A DNA stretch of 63,852 nucleotides, filler included, from Octopus bimaculoides (taxonomy: Eukaryota): NCBI RefSeq assembly GCF_001194135.2. It is 5 parts of 5 records of this genome, joined end to end, with 100 filler letters (N's around TTAATTAATTAA, not from the genome) between each part and the next. Parts side by side here need not be neighbours in the genome. Positions count along the whole stretch, not along the records: positions 1 to 26,834 come from NC_068983.1; positions 26,935 to 38,521 come from NC_068984.1; 3 more parts are not named here. The stretch is one strand, 5' to 3'. How positions within the stretch are numbered: position 1 is the first letter of the stretch; every line of letters starts with the position of its first letter. The position numbers and the translations under genes are program-made. The notes below the pieces were generated by a model. It saw only the letters and a list, made by a program, of their open reading frames with translations, made no database searches and was not told the DNA's origin. Below are positions 15,355 to 29,879 of the stretch, piece by piece.

Positions 15355-15662
15355 TGTTGTTGGCACTCCGTCGCTTACGACGTCGAGGGTTCCAGTTGAT
15401 CCGATCAACGGAACAGCCTGCTCGTGAAATTAACGTGCAAGTAGCTGAGTATTCCACAGACACGTGTACCCTTAACGTAGTTTTCGGGGATATTCAGCGT
15501 GACACAGTGAGACAAGGCTGACCCTTTGAAATACATGTACAACAGAAACAGGAGGAAAGAGTGAGAGAAAGTTGTGGTGGAAGAATACAGCAGGGTTCGC
15601 CACCATATCCTGCCGGAGCCTCGTGGAGCTTTAGGTGTTTTCGCTCAATAAACACTCACAAC
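15355..15662 (-). mobile_element. tRNA-derived SINE (same family as 37418-37798), head lost in N gap
   Basis: Reverse-complement alignment over ~300 bp to 37490-37798. Confidence 0.88.
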
Positions 15663-17159
15663 NNNNNNNNNNNNNNNNNNNNNNNNNNNNNNNNNNNNNN
15701 NNNNNNNNNNNNNNNNNNNNNNNNNNNNNNNNNNNNNNNNNNNNNNNNNNNNNNNNNNNNNNNNNNNNNNNNNNNNNNNNNNNNNNNNNNNNNNNNNNNN
15801 NNNNNNNNNNNNNNNNNNNNNNNNNNNNNNNNNNNNNNNNNNNNNNNNNNNNNNNNNNNNNNNNNNNNNNNNNNNNNNNNNNNNNNNNNNNNNNNNNNNN
15901 NNNNNNNNNNNNNNNNNNNNNNNNNNNNNNNNNNNNNNNNNNNNNNNNNNNNNNNNNNNNNNNNNNNNNNNNNNNNNNNNNNNNNNNNNNNNNNNNNNNN
16001 NNNNNNNNNNNNNNNNNNNNNNNNNNNNNNNNNNNNNNNNNNNNNNNNNNNNNNNNNNNNNNNNNNNNNNNNNNNNNNNNNNNNNNNNNNNNNNNNNNNN
16101 NNNNNNNNNNNNNNNNNNNNNNNNNNNNNNNNNNNNNNNNNNNNNNNNNNNNNNNNNNNNNNNNNNNNNNNNNNNNNNNNNNNNNNNNNNNNNNNNNNNN
16201 NNGCAATGTTAATTCTCTAAATGAAGTATTAACAGTAACTGCACGATAAAGTGTAGTATATTGCCACTTAAGTGTGGCTGACCCCTAGGGGTGGATGTTA
16301 CTGTTGCTTTTAGCCCCAGGAGGACATCTCCTCCAGCTGGCTTATCGACACACGACTGTGTCCTGTTTGCCAAGGGAAGTTATCCCTCTCACCATGATCT
16401 GCAGCACGAACGGATCCGGATTTCAGGGTTATTTCCCTTCATCGGCGTTCGATAGCTACTGACCTTGGTGAGAGAGACAAAAACCTGGCAATCTTATATC
16501 TACTTTTCCAGTGAAATTCTTCATTGTATTCAATACGCAGGCATTAACACAGCTATTAATATGTGTATTTTACAGCACCACTTTTTTTAACGGCATAATT
16601 TGTGCCACTCTTTTGCAATATGTGCACAGTGAGGTGGACTTAGACATATGAGATTAAACGTCAATTCCAGGGTTATGACTAATCACTGTTTAGTGGAGAC
16701 GAGCCAGTAATTAATCGAGTAATTTGTATACTTAACCACAGATAGTAAGAATTAAATTGAATATAAATTGACTGCAATTTTGTTTCTTGTCTTCAAAGCA
16801 CGGTGAAGTGTAGTTGAAAGCTACATTGAAATATATATTCCATAAAACATTAATTTCAGAGTATTGCTTTTCTTTTTAGCTATCCGCAACTTCACCTTAC
16901 TCTGTTGATTGTAACTATTGATCAAACCCTGTATATATAAAACCGGTTTAATCCTAATTGATTACACCGATCAATTAGGTACCTATATTAAAGTTGGCAA
17001 CACTTAGACGACTTGCCAATAATAACAGCTTGAAAATGTCGCTTTGCATAAGCTGGAATGAAATGCAATTAATAAGTCACGAAATGAATTATGCATTTGA
17101 AGATAATTACAAATATATTAAAATAAAAACAACACCCATAACAAAACCACTATAAGATG

Positions 17160-17227
<68 letters not shown>

Positions 17228-20200
17228 GATGATTATAATTATTATAATTGATCACAATTACTATATATATAATGCAATACTATCATATAAAAAGTTTACA
17301 ACATGGTGAATATATACGCACGCAAACATGCATACGAACACGGATATGGACACACACAAGAATGCACACATTTATACATAACAAATGTAATAGGAGAGAA
17401 AATATATTAATATGGGTTCAAAAAAAAAGCTCTGCACAAAAGAAATACGAACAATCCACGCACACAGTAGTTAGAAACCCAGCGACAACTACATCTTCGA
17501 TTACTTTGAAGCTTGAACTTTCGAAATTGATATTGAGCAGCCCTGCTCTTAACCGATTCCCTAGTTTGTTGTTTAGGATTTCATCAACAATTTTGTATTC
17601 GGTGTATTTCAATTATGCTTCTTCTTCAATAATTACAAAAGTTTTCTTTTTTTATTCAAAAATTCTATTCGGCCGTTTCAGTTAACTCGGATATCTGTGG
17701 AGTTTCTATATAACAGCTCGTTAGGTGCTAATTGTTGAGGGAACTGTAACGCTCCGTTTGTATTTAGCTTTTCCTCGTTATATTTGCTACTTCTTGTTTT
17801 GTCACTGTCCCCATTGGCTTCCCTGCTTTCAAGACTCTCCCCAATTTTCCCATTGCTACAGGACGGGACGGCATTGAATTGCTGCTCAAATCTACTAGCT
17901 GATATTGCTGAAGGAGGTAACCATTTCGAATTTTGACTCAGCTTTCCCTGTCATCAAGCCTCAGAGTTTGGTGACGATAAAGAAGGTTCGACACCATTCG
18001 GGCAGTCATGAAATTGCAGTTATTAGCATTCGGGAAAGGTGGTAGTGGCAGCAGCAGCCACAATCTTCACCTTAGTATTGAGTGGTTGTCATCGTCTCTT
18101 CTGCTGCATTCCAAAACCTTCATTTAATGTGAAGACTCTCATGTGATGCATATCACACATGCAACAAGTAGATGTTCTCAATGTACCACAGGTCTGGTAC
18201 GCTTCATTTACGCTGTCAAAAATTGTGCATAGATTTAAATTAGCCTTATTGTTTTCTGTCACCAGAACCTTATATTTTTTATGCTTATTCCAAAAGTTTG
18301 TTGGTTTCACTGAAGGCCAATTCAGCTAGACAAACTGATCTGAGGAATTAAGCATTTGTTTCTACTTTTACATCGACTACAAGCCATGAGTATTGACATC
18401 CCATATTCTTAGATGGATCATGTTCTGAGTGGTGAAGAAATTAACAAAATAATTCAAATATGATATAATTATAAATATAATTAAATATATTTAAAGCAGA
18501 ATGATCATTTACCCAGTAACTTTTTAATAATCAACGTCATTTGAGAAATGTTGTCTGAGGCTGATATACAGTCTTAGTACACTTCTCACCATTTGAGTTT
18601 CGATACTCTTTGATGGAAGTTCTATTTAAAGGTCTCACATATCATAATGATTTTGTCCTTGTAGGTCTGAATAACTGTTATCGACACGACTTCCACCAAT
18701 CATAGAAGCTGTAATTGAGGCTTTCGCTTGTAGATTTTTCCTGACGTGATTATCGCTTCTCTACTTGCTTTTACTACTGCGTCTTCATTTTGTTGCAGTT
18801 TAATTTGTTTATTCAGTCTGCGCTGTAACTGCTTTTGCTCTCTCTTATTAGGCTTGTTGTGGTCTGTTTTTCTGATGCTGTCTTTGTTATTGTTTATGTT
18901 ACTGTTTTGGGTCGCTTCTTGCTTTTGTTGTTATTTTTCACTCATTGTTTTGTCACGTTTGCTTGTTTTGTAATAGATTTGCTTCCACTAGAGACTTTGG
19001 ATTTAGAGGAATCAGTTTGCTTGTTGCTGATGTCCCACACATATGTTCTTTTGACGATCATTTCAATTTCTCTCATGTTTGTACGCTTTCTTGATGGTTC
19101 ATCATCTTACCCATCCAAAACATGGGATAATATTGATATTTGAGATACCAGGATACACGACGAAAAAGAATGCATATTTAAATTAACATCCAATCTTTCT
19201 CCTCGATTTTCATATATAAATCTTAAAAATATAAATGGAAACCCGAGCAAAATGATTATATTCTACAAATATTTTACAATAAAAATCTACTCACCAAGCA
19301 AAACCAGAATAATAGGCCTGGATAAAGTATCGGGAAAATATCTGGGAAGCCAACATAATGCAAGAATCCAACGATGTATCTTCATAAGGTCAGACATCTT
19401 GAGAAGATACATTCTCAAAGCAAATTAATATTAGAAAACGAAATATAACATTCAAAAGAAAGAATACACGAAGAAAAATATACAATGGGCACACAAAATA
19501 ATCAGCACAAATAGAAAATAATCGAGAACACAAATCGTTGCATGAAGTATATAGAATACATACAAAGCATAGCAAAAGCTGAACCTTGGAATATCAGTAA
19601 AATATAGAGGAACAAAAGGGTCCGACAAACACACACATGCACACACACACACACACACACTAACATATCTTTATCTTTTTTATCTTTCACTTGTTCCAGT
19701 CATTGGACAGTTGGCTTGCTAGGGCACGGTCTTGGGGGGTTTACTCAAATGCATCCACCTTTGTACTTAATCGTAATTCTGGAATATATTCTAGCAGTTT
19801 GTTTTGCTGAACCGTTAAGTTATGGGGGGGGGGCTAAATTAACGAGCGTCGTTTTTCTATCGCAAAATTTAACATTTATTTTCTCTCTCTCTCTCTCTCT
19901 CTCTTATACACACGCATACACACACACACACACACACACACANNNNNNNNNNNNNNNNNNNNNNNNNNNNNNNNNNNNNNNNNNNNNNNNNNNNNNNNNN
20001 NNNNNNNNNNNNNNNNNNNNNNNNNNNNNNNNNNNNNNNNNNNNNNNNNNNNNNNNNNNNNNNNNNNNNNNNNNNNNNNNNNNNNNNNNNNNNNNNNNNN
20101 NNNNNNNNNNNNNNNNNNNNNNNNNNNNNNNNNNNNNNNNNNNNNNNNNNNNNNNNNNNNNNNNNNNNNNNNNNNNNNNNNNNNNNNNNNNNNNNNNNNN

Positions 20201-20479
20201 NNNNNNNNNNNNNNNNNNNNNNNNNNNNNNNNNNNNNNNNNNNNNNNNNNNNNNNNNNNNNNNNNNNNNNNNNNNNNNNNNNNNNNNNNNNNNNNNNNNN
20301 NNNNNNNNNNNNNNNNNNNNNNNNNNNNNNNNNNNNNNNNNNNNNNNNNNNNNNNNNNNNNNNNNNNNNNNNNNNNNNNNNNNNNNNNNNNNNNNNNNNN
20401 NNNNNNNNNNNNNNNNNNNNNNNNNNNNNNNNNNNNNNNNNNNNNNNNNNNNNNNNNNNNNNNNNNNNNNNNNATACAT

Positions 20480-21700
20480 ATATATAATGATGGAATTTGA
20501 AAAACACTCAAGATTAAGAAATTCTAAAGGGGTAAAAAAGTAACAAATGCTATCTAAAACTGGATATTATCACATTTACAAACAAGACATTTTTCATATG
20601 GACCAATGTGAATGAATTCTGAAGATACAATTCAGCGATAAAATAGGATCATCAACGCAAATGTGATATCTTACTATTATAGATGTCAGGAAAATGATCA
20701 CGCACATCAATTTCAAAAGGTTGATTGAAACAATACAAGCAATAACGATTCTAGTTACAGGAGCAAATTTAAAACTCACTCAGATCCATACATACAGGAA
20801 TATCAAAACAGAAGAAGTAAAACATGGAAGTTAGAGAAAATATTTCTCACGCTTAAAGGAATGAGACGGCGGAAAATGGACAAAGGCGGTAAAAACTACA
20901 GAAGTACAAACCTGACAATAGAGGATTATAAGAAAACATGAAACGTTTAAAAAGTGAATGTCGCAAGTTCCTGTGAATATATCGATATATAAAACGAAAA
21001 TTATTGACTCAACAAAACGAAAATGACTCTCCAAGACCGATTGAAAGATAAATTAGAAATAAACGTAACAACAGATCGAAGAGTTGTATAAGAATGCCAA
21101 GGAAGAACGTGGGTAGTGAACGAATCATTCTGCACGAAATTGTAGGCTAAGAATATTTATAGATGGCGATTTAAATCATTCTCTGAAGCTAGGAGTAAAA
21201 ACAAAAACACGAGAACAGCACCAACTCTTCCCTGCACAGAGAAAACAAAACCTTCCTGTAAAATTGAAGCGTTCCATTAGATAGTCGAGAAAAGAAAAAC
21301 ATTATATAAACTTAGTATTCTTCTGTTTCCTCTATTACTTCAGATCCATGTATAGTGAAGGAAATCTTAAAGAAACTCAGTCATGATCCATTATTGATCT
21401 TTTTATCCCATGAGAAATGCATGGGAATTCGGTTGGCGATTCAGGTGATAATTATAGCTAAAAATCGAGAAAGCAATCCCCAACCAATATCAATGGAAGT
21501 GTTGCAGAACATAATAGTGCTATAGAAGTGCAGGACAGCAAATTGCTTTAATTGCAGACGCATTAATCAAATTAGAAATATTTCGGCATATTGTAAAAGA
21601 ATTGCACCACCGGAGTCCACTGCAACCAATAAAAATAATGAACAAAAAAATCAAGGAATGTTTTAAAAAAAAGGTACAACTAAGTGAACAAACAAAAATA
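20480..21700 (+). mobile_element. Highly decayed retroelement-like sequence with a possible gag-type knuckle
   Basis: A-rich strand and CFNCRRINQIRNISAYC near 21545-21595 resembling a degenerate CCHC. No intact ORF. Confidence 0.3.
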
Positions 21701-21915
21701 ATAGCAACAAGAAAAGGTTCGAAAGACAATAAAAAGAACAAACAAATCCTAGAAAAATGACCTTTCAGTATCTTCACAATTATTCTTCTTATATCATCAT
21801 CATCATCATCATCATCATCATTACCAACACCATTGTCGTCATCGTCATCGGTTTTTCTATTGTCATTCCTTAAGTTTGTCAATGAGGACAATGGAAATGA
21901 ATTACTAGCAAACAT

Positions 21916-21950
21916 TTAACTTGTAGCTGCTGCTGTTGCTGCTGCTGCTG

Positions 21951-21987
<37 letters not shown>

Positions 21988-21998
21988 CACTACTACTA

Positions 21999-22047
<49 letters not shown>

Positions 22048-22089
22048 CACTACTACTACTACCACTACTACTACTACTACTACTACCAG

Positions 22090-22125
<36 letters not shown>

Positions 22126-22223
22126 CACAACTACTACTACTACCACTACTACAACTACTACAACTACTACTACTACTACAACTACTACTACTACTACTAC
22201 AACTACTACNNNNNNNNNNCCAG

Positions 22224-22259
<36 letters not shown>

Positions 22260-22433
22260 CACAACTACTACTACTACCACTACTACTACTACTACAACTA
22301 CTACTACTACTACAACTACTACTACTACTACTACAACTACTACCACTACTACTATTGCTGCTGCTGCTGCTACTGCTATTACTACTGCTACTACTACTAC
22401 TACTACTACCACTATTACTACTACTACTACTAT

Positions 22434-22469
<36 letters not shown>

Positions 22470-22481
22470 AACTACTACTAC

Positions 22482-22516
<35 letters not shown>

Positions 22517-22630
22517 TTACTACTACCACTACTACTAATAATAATATTAATATTAATAATAATAATATTACTACTAAATCTGCTGCTACTGCAACAAAAA
22601 ATACTCTTCCTACTAATACAGCTACCACTG
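21916..22630. repeat. Compound (ACT/GCT/ACC/AAT)n trinucleotide array
   Basis: Direct reading; includes an exact 60-bp internal duplication. Confidence 0.95.
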
Positions 22631-23126
22631 CTACTATGATGTTGTCGAAGGCGTTGAAGACCATTCTGATAAAGAATTTAGACTAAATATTTCTTAAAGT
22701 ATGATATTCAAACTTACTTCCTCAAAGAATGTAATGTAGTTTTGTGATTTAATAATTCCGTGATAACATCAACGAATTATATATTCCAGCGCCTTCCACG
22801 CCTTAAAGAGAAGACTTTAGTTTGTTTGTTTATGTCAACTTCTCTTTAAAAATACCGTTGGCTTTGCTGATTGTGGAGTAGCTGATAATTTGAGAAAGAA
22901 AAGAAAATGGTTGGCTAAGCGAAAAGTAAGTCAAAATGCTGAATTCTTTAAGTATTTTCATTTCTGCCATTTCAGTGTTTGTCTTGGAGCAAATGTAGTC
23001 TTCGATGCCTTTAGAGTATTGAGAACATATCAAATCAATATCATGAATGTTATGGGTGTATGTATATGTACATACATACGTACATACATACACATGCACA
23101 CATACATACAACATATATACTTATAA

Positions 23127-23177
<51 letters not shown>

Positions 23178-23205
23178 AACACACACACACACACACAGAC
23201 ACACA

Positions 23206-23284
<79 letters not shown>

Positions 23285-23703
23285 NNNNNNNNNNNNNNNN
23301 NNNNNNNNNNNNNNNNNNNNNNNNNNNNNNNNNNNNNNNNNNNNNNNNNNNNNNNNNNNNNNNNNNNNNNNNNNNNNNNNNNNNNNNNNNNNNNNNNNNN
23401 NNNNNNNNNNNNNNNNNNNNNNNNNNNNNNNNNNNNNNNNNNNNNNNNNNNNNNNNNNNNNNNNNNNNNNNNNNNNNNNNNNNNNNNNNNNNNNNNNNNN
23501 NNNNNNNNNNNNNNNNNNNNNNNNNNNNNNNNNNNNNNNNNNNNNNNNNNNNNNNNNNNNNNNNNNNNNNNNNNNNNNNNNNNNNNNNNNNNNNNNNNNN
23601 NNNNNNNNNNNNNNNNNNNNNNNNNNNNNNNNNNNNNNNNNNNNNNNNNNNNNNNNNNNNNNNNNNNNNNNNNNNNNNNNNNNNNNNNNNNNNNNNNNNN
23701 NNN

Positions 23704-24107
23704 AGGCACCTACTATGATAGGAATTGTCTCTGTTTTTAGATTCCACATTCGAGTTATCTCTATTTCCAGGTCTTTGTATTTTGAAAGTTTTTCCATTTC
23801 TTTTAGAGAAACGTTGTCATCTGCTGGTATTGAGACATCAATTAGAAAGCATTTTTTTTCTTCATGATCTTTGACAACTATATCTGGCCTATTTGCCTTA
23901 ATTTCTCTTTCTGTGTGTATTGGCATATCCCAGAGTATGGTTGCTTTCTCTTTCTGTGACCTTTTCTGGCGTGTGTTTATACCATCTTTTTTCTGTTGTT
24001 ATTCCATAGTGTTGGCATAGCTTCCAGTGTATATAGGTCCCAGCTCTGTCGTGTCTGTGAATATATTCCTTCTTAGCCAGGACTGGGCAGCCAGAGATCT
24101 GGCTGCC
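23704..24107 (-). mobile_element. 5'-truncated R4/Dong-like non-LTR retrotransposon (C-terminal Zn finger remnant and restriction-like endonuclease)
   Basis: Stop-free frame ISGCPVLAKKEYIHRHD...WYKHTPEKV...WDMPIHTEREIKANRPDIVVKD...LIDVSIP...KEMEKLSKYKDLEIEITRMW...IPIIVGA contains the RPD and K..KY RLE motifs. It runs into an N gap and abuts (TAA)n. Confidence 0.9.
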
Positions 24108-24111
24108 AATC

Positions 24112-24224
<113 letters not shown>

Positions 24225-24504
24225 GCTGTTGTCGTCGTCGTCGTCGTTGTTGTTGTCGTTGTTATTATTATTATTATTATTCTAAGCTCCAGAAACATTG
24301 GTGTTGGTCCGAATGCCTATAGATGCATATGAAGTCATTTGGAAGAGCTTCCTGCAAGACATGGGAACCCCTAATGTAAAGGCCACGAGTAGGCTTTTAA
24401 AGGGGTTCCTAGAAGGAACCCCAGCAGCTCATGGACTTTGAACCACCTGACCTAGAGCGACACCTGAACGGTAAGTAGACGCACCTTTGTCTCTTCTCTA
24501 AATA

Positions 24505-25680
24505 CTGTCCGGTCTTTATGTGGTGTCTAAGAGAAGGTAATATAAATATTTGTGACCTGCGGTCGCCCTGGAGGTTGGGTTACCTGCTCAACGACCTCAA
24601 GTCATTATCTATGGATGTGGTAGCCGTCAGCAAAACCAGGTTTTCCGATACACGCGATCTGGCTCCCATTTTGGACGATTTCGAGACCTATGCATCTCTT
24701 AGTCAGCCTGGAATAGGAGCGGCGAGTCAGCAGTGCTGTTTAGGATAGACCTGGGCATCGAGATACGGTTGTTCTTCTGGACTCGGAAAGTAAGTTGGCG
24801 GCCCTGGATGTAAACAACAGCGGAGGTGGTACTTTCAGACTAGTCACTGTGTACGCCCCAACTGGGGCGGAGCAGCCAGATTTCTTAAGACATTTGAAGG
24901 TTTTCCTTGGGATGTCTCGCTGTTTAGTTCTACTAAGCGATCGGAGCGCCATTTTAGATGCACACCTGGATAGGGTGGGCAAGCCGACAGAAGAGTGGGG
25001 TGCAAAAGCCTCACAAACTTGCTCAGTCGTTTTCCATTGGCTGACAGGTACCGACTGAACTTCCCTAATACGCCAGTGTGGACATGGGCAAACAGCACAG
25101 TCTTCCACATCGTATTTAGATAGGATATTCTGTAGGCCAGTAGATAGAAGTAGCATAGGATGTCTACAGTTCAAAGTTGTTGGCTACAAAGTTGTCGTCC
25201 TCGCATGTGTTAGAGCTAGGGCGTGTGCTCTAAGACATGAGAGGACGAAAGCAATTCGATGGGCCCGGGTGGTAGAGTTGCAACGTGGCAATAAATCCAC
25301 AATTGGGTCTTTGACGGGTCGGGACGGGTGTATGCTACACGAATATAAACAGATGTGTACGGAGTTTCAGAAGCACGTCAGCGAACTGTTCGGAGCACGT
25401 GGTGTGTCGGGGATGGAGGTGGATTTCACCTCCTACCTCGATAGTATGCTATGCCTTTCGACCAGGGATGCAGAGTTCTGCAAAATGTCGATAACAGCCG
25501 AAGACATACGGACGCGATGACAAGCTACACAAGGGAGAAGTCTCCGGAGTTGAATAGTCTACCCTTTGAGTTTTATCTTCATATGTCAGACTTGTTCTTA
25601 GATCTCTTGGCGGTTGTCTACCAAAACCAGTAACAAAACGGGAGAATACCCAGTGCTGTGAGCTGTGGCGTGGTGGTGTT
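24505..25680 (+). mobile_element. Decayed L1/Tx1-like LINE (apurinic endonuclease and start of ORF2)
   Basis: LREGNINICDLRS...DVVAVSKTR, FRLVTVYAP, WTW...SYLDRI and SPELNSLPFEFY motifs across frameshifts; homologous to 59150-60100. Confidence 0.85.
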
Positions 25681-25689
25681 ACGTTATGG

Positions 25690-26056
25690 GGTCAAATTTG
25701 CCTTTCATCATATCGGTGTCGATAAGATAAGTACCAGCGAAATACTGGAGACGATATAATCGACTAACGCCCTCCCCACACAATTCCAGGCCTAACATTT
25801 GCGTCTAGAGCAGAAAGGATAATTATAACTATTAAAGGCGTTAAGCTGACTGAATGGTTAGCACACCGAAGAAATTACTTGGCAGCATTTCGTCCGTTTT
25901 CACCTTTTATATTCAAATTCCCCTGAGGTCGATTTCGCACATCATTCCTAAGGGCCAATAAAATCATCACCATTTGAACACTGGAGTCAAAGTAATCTGC
26001 TAGCTCCTACCACCAAATTTCCAGGCCTTGTGCCGATAGTTGAAACGATTATTACT
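25690..26056 (+). mobile_element. Two tandem SINE copies (GGTCGA..TTTGCCTTTCATC family), first 5'-truncated
   Basis: Similarity to 57529-57995. Confidence 0.7.
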
Positions 26057-26068
26057 ATTACAATCATC

Positions 26069-26100
<32 letters not shown>

Positions 26101-26575
26101 TGAGTGAGAGAGCAGTGCATGTCATCAAAGTGACACTGAGGTAAAATATACGAAGCCCATTATACCCATCATGACTACCCGTCTGATAAGGGTACACCAG
26201 GCACATGCATCACAACCATATGTGCACGACATGGTGATCTCATATGAAGATAAACAGCGCATGACCTCGCAGGTGGGGCTCAGTTAGAATTTTCTTCCAG
26301 TCGAGTGGCCCATTCCGCTCAAAAAGTCCCTGAATAAGGGTTGTTTAAGGACACTGAGCAAAACATCTATGTTTTCAAAGGCGAATTATGCAAACCCCAA
26401 AGAATTCCTCTCAACACATGGCTATGATGTTCCCTCACTACTTCTGCTCATAATCAGACATGCAAATATCGTCAGTCACCAAGGGACATGCTCAATTGGT
26501 TATGGTCAAACAACTGACAAGCAAATCTGTGGTATTAAGCAGAATATTTGCTGTAAGTCCATCTTTTATACCAAG

Positions 26576-26819
<244 letters not shown>

Positions 26820-26934
26820 TAGTTTTATTTTTATNNNNNNNNNNNNNNNNNNNNNNNNNNNNNNNNNNNNNNNNNNNNTTAATTAATTAANNNNNNNNNN
26901 NNNNNNNNNNNNNNNNNNNNNNNNNNNNNNNNNN

Positions 26935-26973
<39 letters not shown>

Positions 26974-27725
26974 GTACACATTTCTATTCATTTACTTCTC
27001 TTTCGTTTTACCACTTCATAGCCACCGCCACTACCATTCTTTTATTGATCGTTGATATGTTCGCAACTTTTTTCCTGCATGTTTACAATATCAGGACTTG
27101 AACCTACATGGTTAAAGTCCTTAGGATTGCACCTAAGGACTTATGGACTTATTTCTATAACATCAGAAATTTGAAGTCTGAACTTTTTTGCTTCTTTTTT
27201 CTTCTCTCTCTTCATCTCCTTATCCCTGTGTATAGTATAGCATTTGTATCCTGTCCCCTGTGTAAAGTATAGCATTTGTAGGAAGTGTATACTATCAGCG
27301 TATAATATTACCTGCCGATGCTATACACTTCCCTCAAAATATAAAATGATTATTTAATTTGCATTCGCTCTTTTTTGAACCCTGAAGACGTCCTACCTCA
27401 ATATAGTTTGAATGTAGCAACTTCCTTTGCATTAAACAGTATGCTTCAAGATTCCCATCATCTAAATGGTAAAAGTGAAACATATATGTAGGTTGTTTTT
27501 TCTGTGGTTATCTTGATTTTTTTGAGCTTTTAGCTTCCTATCAATTTATTTATTTGTAATGGTTTTTTTTTTTTAAATCATCTTTTTATAACTTGCAAAT
27601 AAATTAGTAATTACATCCATTTATTCTCCATTTTCTTCTCTTTTTCCCACCTCAATATATATATACACACACACACATACATATGTGCACACATCTGTAT
27701 GCATATATATATATATATATTTATG

Positions 27726-27763
<38 letters not shown>

Positions 27764-28772
27764 TATATATTGATTATAATTTATGTACATATGTCAACTG
27801 TAGCGTATACACATCTGTGGATATTGCATGATCTTTGTAAGCAAATAGTTTGACCATATAACATTGCTTGTCTCCAGTTCTCTATGTAAACATGTCCGGC
27901 CTATTCATTGTTCAATAAAATGAGAGTTTATATCTCACTCGGAACCAACTGTGTGTTGGCAACAGTAAGCGTATCTGGCTTTGGAAAACTCTACCCATTA
28001 CATATACTACAAGCATGGAATAGTAAGTTAAAACAATGATGATGACGATGATGATGGTGATGGTAGTGGTTGTGGTGGTGTTGGTCGTGGTGGTGATGAT
28101 AATGGGGATGATGGTCTACAAAGTATAATCAATATAGTACATGATATATATATATATAATATACTGATTACAATTTTAACTTTGTCTAAATCAATTTGTA
28201 TCAAAATATGTTCATTAGTTATCTTATTTATAGAGGAAGTAATTAATTTTCCAAAATCTTTTTTGAAACTCATTAAATTTGGTTGAAGGAGACAAGTTTA
28301 CCGATATTTATGGAGAAATTATCTTTCAGGCAATACTGAAACAATGTTTGTAAACATACTATAGCAATATTCATGTATCTACATTGTATGACTTAATCTA
28401 AGTTTATTTATTCAAACACACACTTACAAACAAATATTCTCTTCCCTCTCCAGCCCTTTCTCCCTCTCCCAGTCACTCTATGTCTAGATTATATACATGT
28501 GTGTATAGTTACTCAGATCTGTGCAAGGATATGTTGTGTTTATAATGTCTGTTTCATTACTATGATGTCCTTGTTTTGATCAGTGTACATGTTTACTTGA
28601 GCAGGTGTTTTCTATTGTAGCTTCTATTTGACCTTAAGTGGAATTTCATAGACAGGCAGAAAATTGTGTAGAAAGCCTGTCATCTGTGTGTGAGTGTGTG
28701 TGAATTTTCTGACTGTTAATTTCCATGTTAAATTCTCTACATCTTGTATGCACAAATATAAGCAAATATAGA

Positions 28773-28935
28773 TGCAGGTGTGGCTTTGTGGTAAGTTTAC
28801 TTCCTGACCATATGTTTCCATATTCAGTCTGAGTACATTGTACCTTGAGCAAGTGTCTTCTACTAAGGTTTTGGGCCAACCAAAACTTTGTGAGTAGATT
28901 TGATAAACAGAAACTGAAAGAAGCCTGTTTTGTGT
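28773..28935 (+). mobile_element. CpG-decayed CORE-like SINE
   Basis: CCTTGAGCAAGTGTCTTCTACT...GAAACTGAAAGAAGCC. Related copies at 31459-31562(-), 33590-33730(+), 38725-38893(-), 43410-43560(-) and 50955-51120(-). Confidence 0.75.
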
Positions 28936-28942
28936 GGATATA

Positions 28943-28994
28943 TCATAATCATCATTATCATCATCATCATCATCATCATCATCAACATCATCAA

Positions 28995-29051
<57 letters not shown>

Positions 29052-29395
29052 AATCATCATCATTTAACGTTCGCTTTCCCTGCTGGCATGGGTTGGACAG
29101 TTTGACTGAGGGCTGGCAAACCAGAAGGCTGCACCAGGATCCAATCTGATCTGGCAAAGTTTCTACAGTTGGTTGCCCTTCCTAACACCAACCACTCCGA
29201 GAGTGTAGTGAGTACTTTTTACGTGTCACCAGCATGAAGGCCAGTCAGGAAGTACTGGCATCGACCACACTCAAATGGTGTTTTTTACATGCCACTGGCA
29301 CAGGAGCCAGTCCGGTGGCATTGGCATTGACCACGTTCGAATGGTGTTTTTTACGTGCCACCGGCACAGGAGCCAGTCAGGTGATGCTGGCAACA
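28943..29395 (-). mobile_element. Retroposon ending in a (GAT)n tail (expanded to a microsatellite) with internal ~65-bp units
   Basis: Reverse-complement match to 35520-36005. Confidence 0.8.
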
Positions 29396-29879
29396 ATTAA
29401 GCATGTCTATATATATATATAAACATATGTGTGTTCCTGTGTGCGTGTGTGTCTTTTTGTCTGTGTTTTCCCCTACCACTGCTTGACAGTAAACTTAGCA
29501 GTTTGGCAAAAGACAAAAAAAAAAAAAAGAAAAAAAGATACTGGGGTCAGTTCATTCAAGTAAAATTGTTAAAGGTGGTGCCCCAGCATGACCACAGTCT
29601 AACGACTGAAACAAGCAAAAAAATAAAAGATTAAAAATAAATATTTTATCTCTCTTTGGACAAAAAAGTATATGACTGTCTTGACTAGTTTCATTTCCTT
29701 TTGGAGACTCATTAAGAATATTTTCTGCTGAGGGAGAAACTGATAGCTTAAAAATATTTATACAACAACAACAATATGCACACATTTGAAAAGAATTTCC
29801 TTGCTAAAACAGAGGTTAGCCATATAAACTCCATGATTATCAGTTTTGCTTCCAACTCTATATTCCCCTGCGGAAACCT

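Noticed and set aside
17400-19150. A-rich minus-strand stretch suggestive of old LINE ORF1/ORF2
   Set aside because: No diagnostic motif could be read with confidence; left unannotated.
26879-26890. TTAATTAATTAA in the middle of N runs (also 38566-38577, 56611-56622, 62794-62805)
   Set aside because: An identical 12-mer with stops in all six frames centred in ~100-nt gaps is a scaffolding linker, not biology. It means true gap sizes are unknown.
27378-27497. CTGAAGA ... GAAACATATATGTAGGTT hammerhead-like arrangement
   Set aside because: Stem I is only 4 bp and the ~88-nt stem II region has no convincing pairing; compatible with chance.
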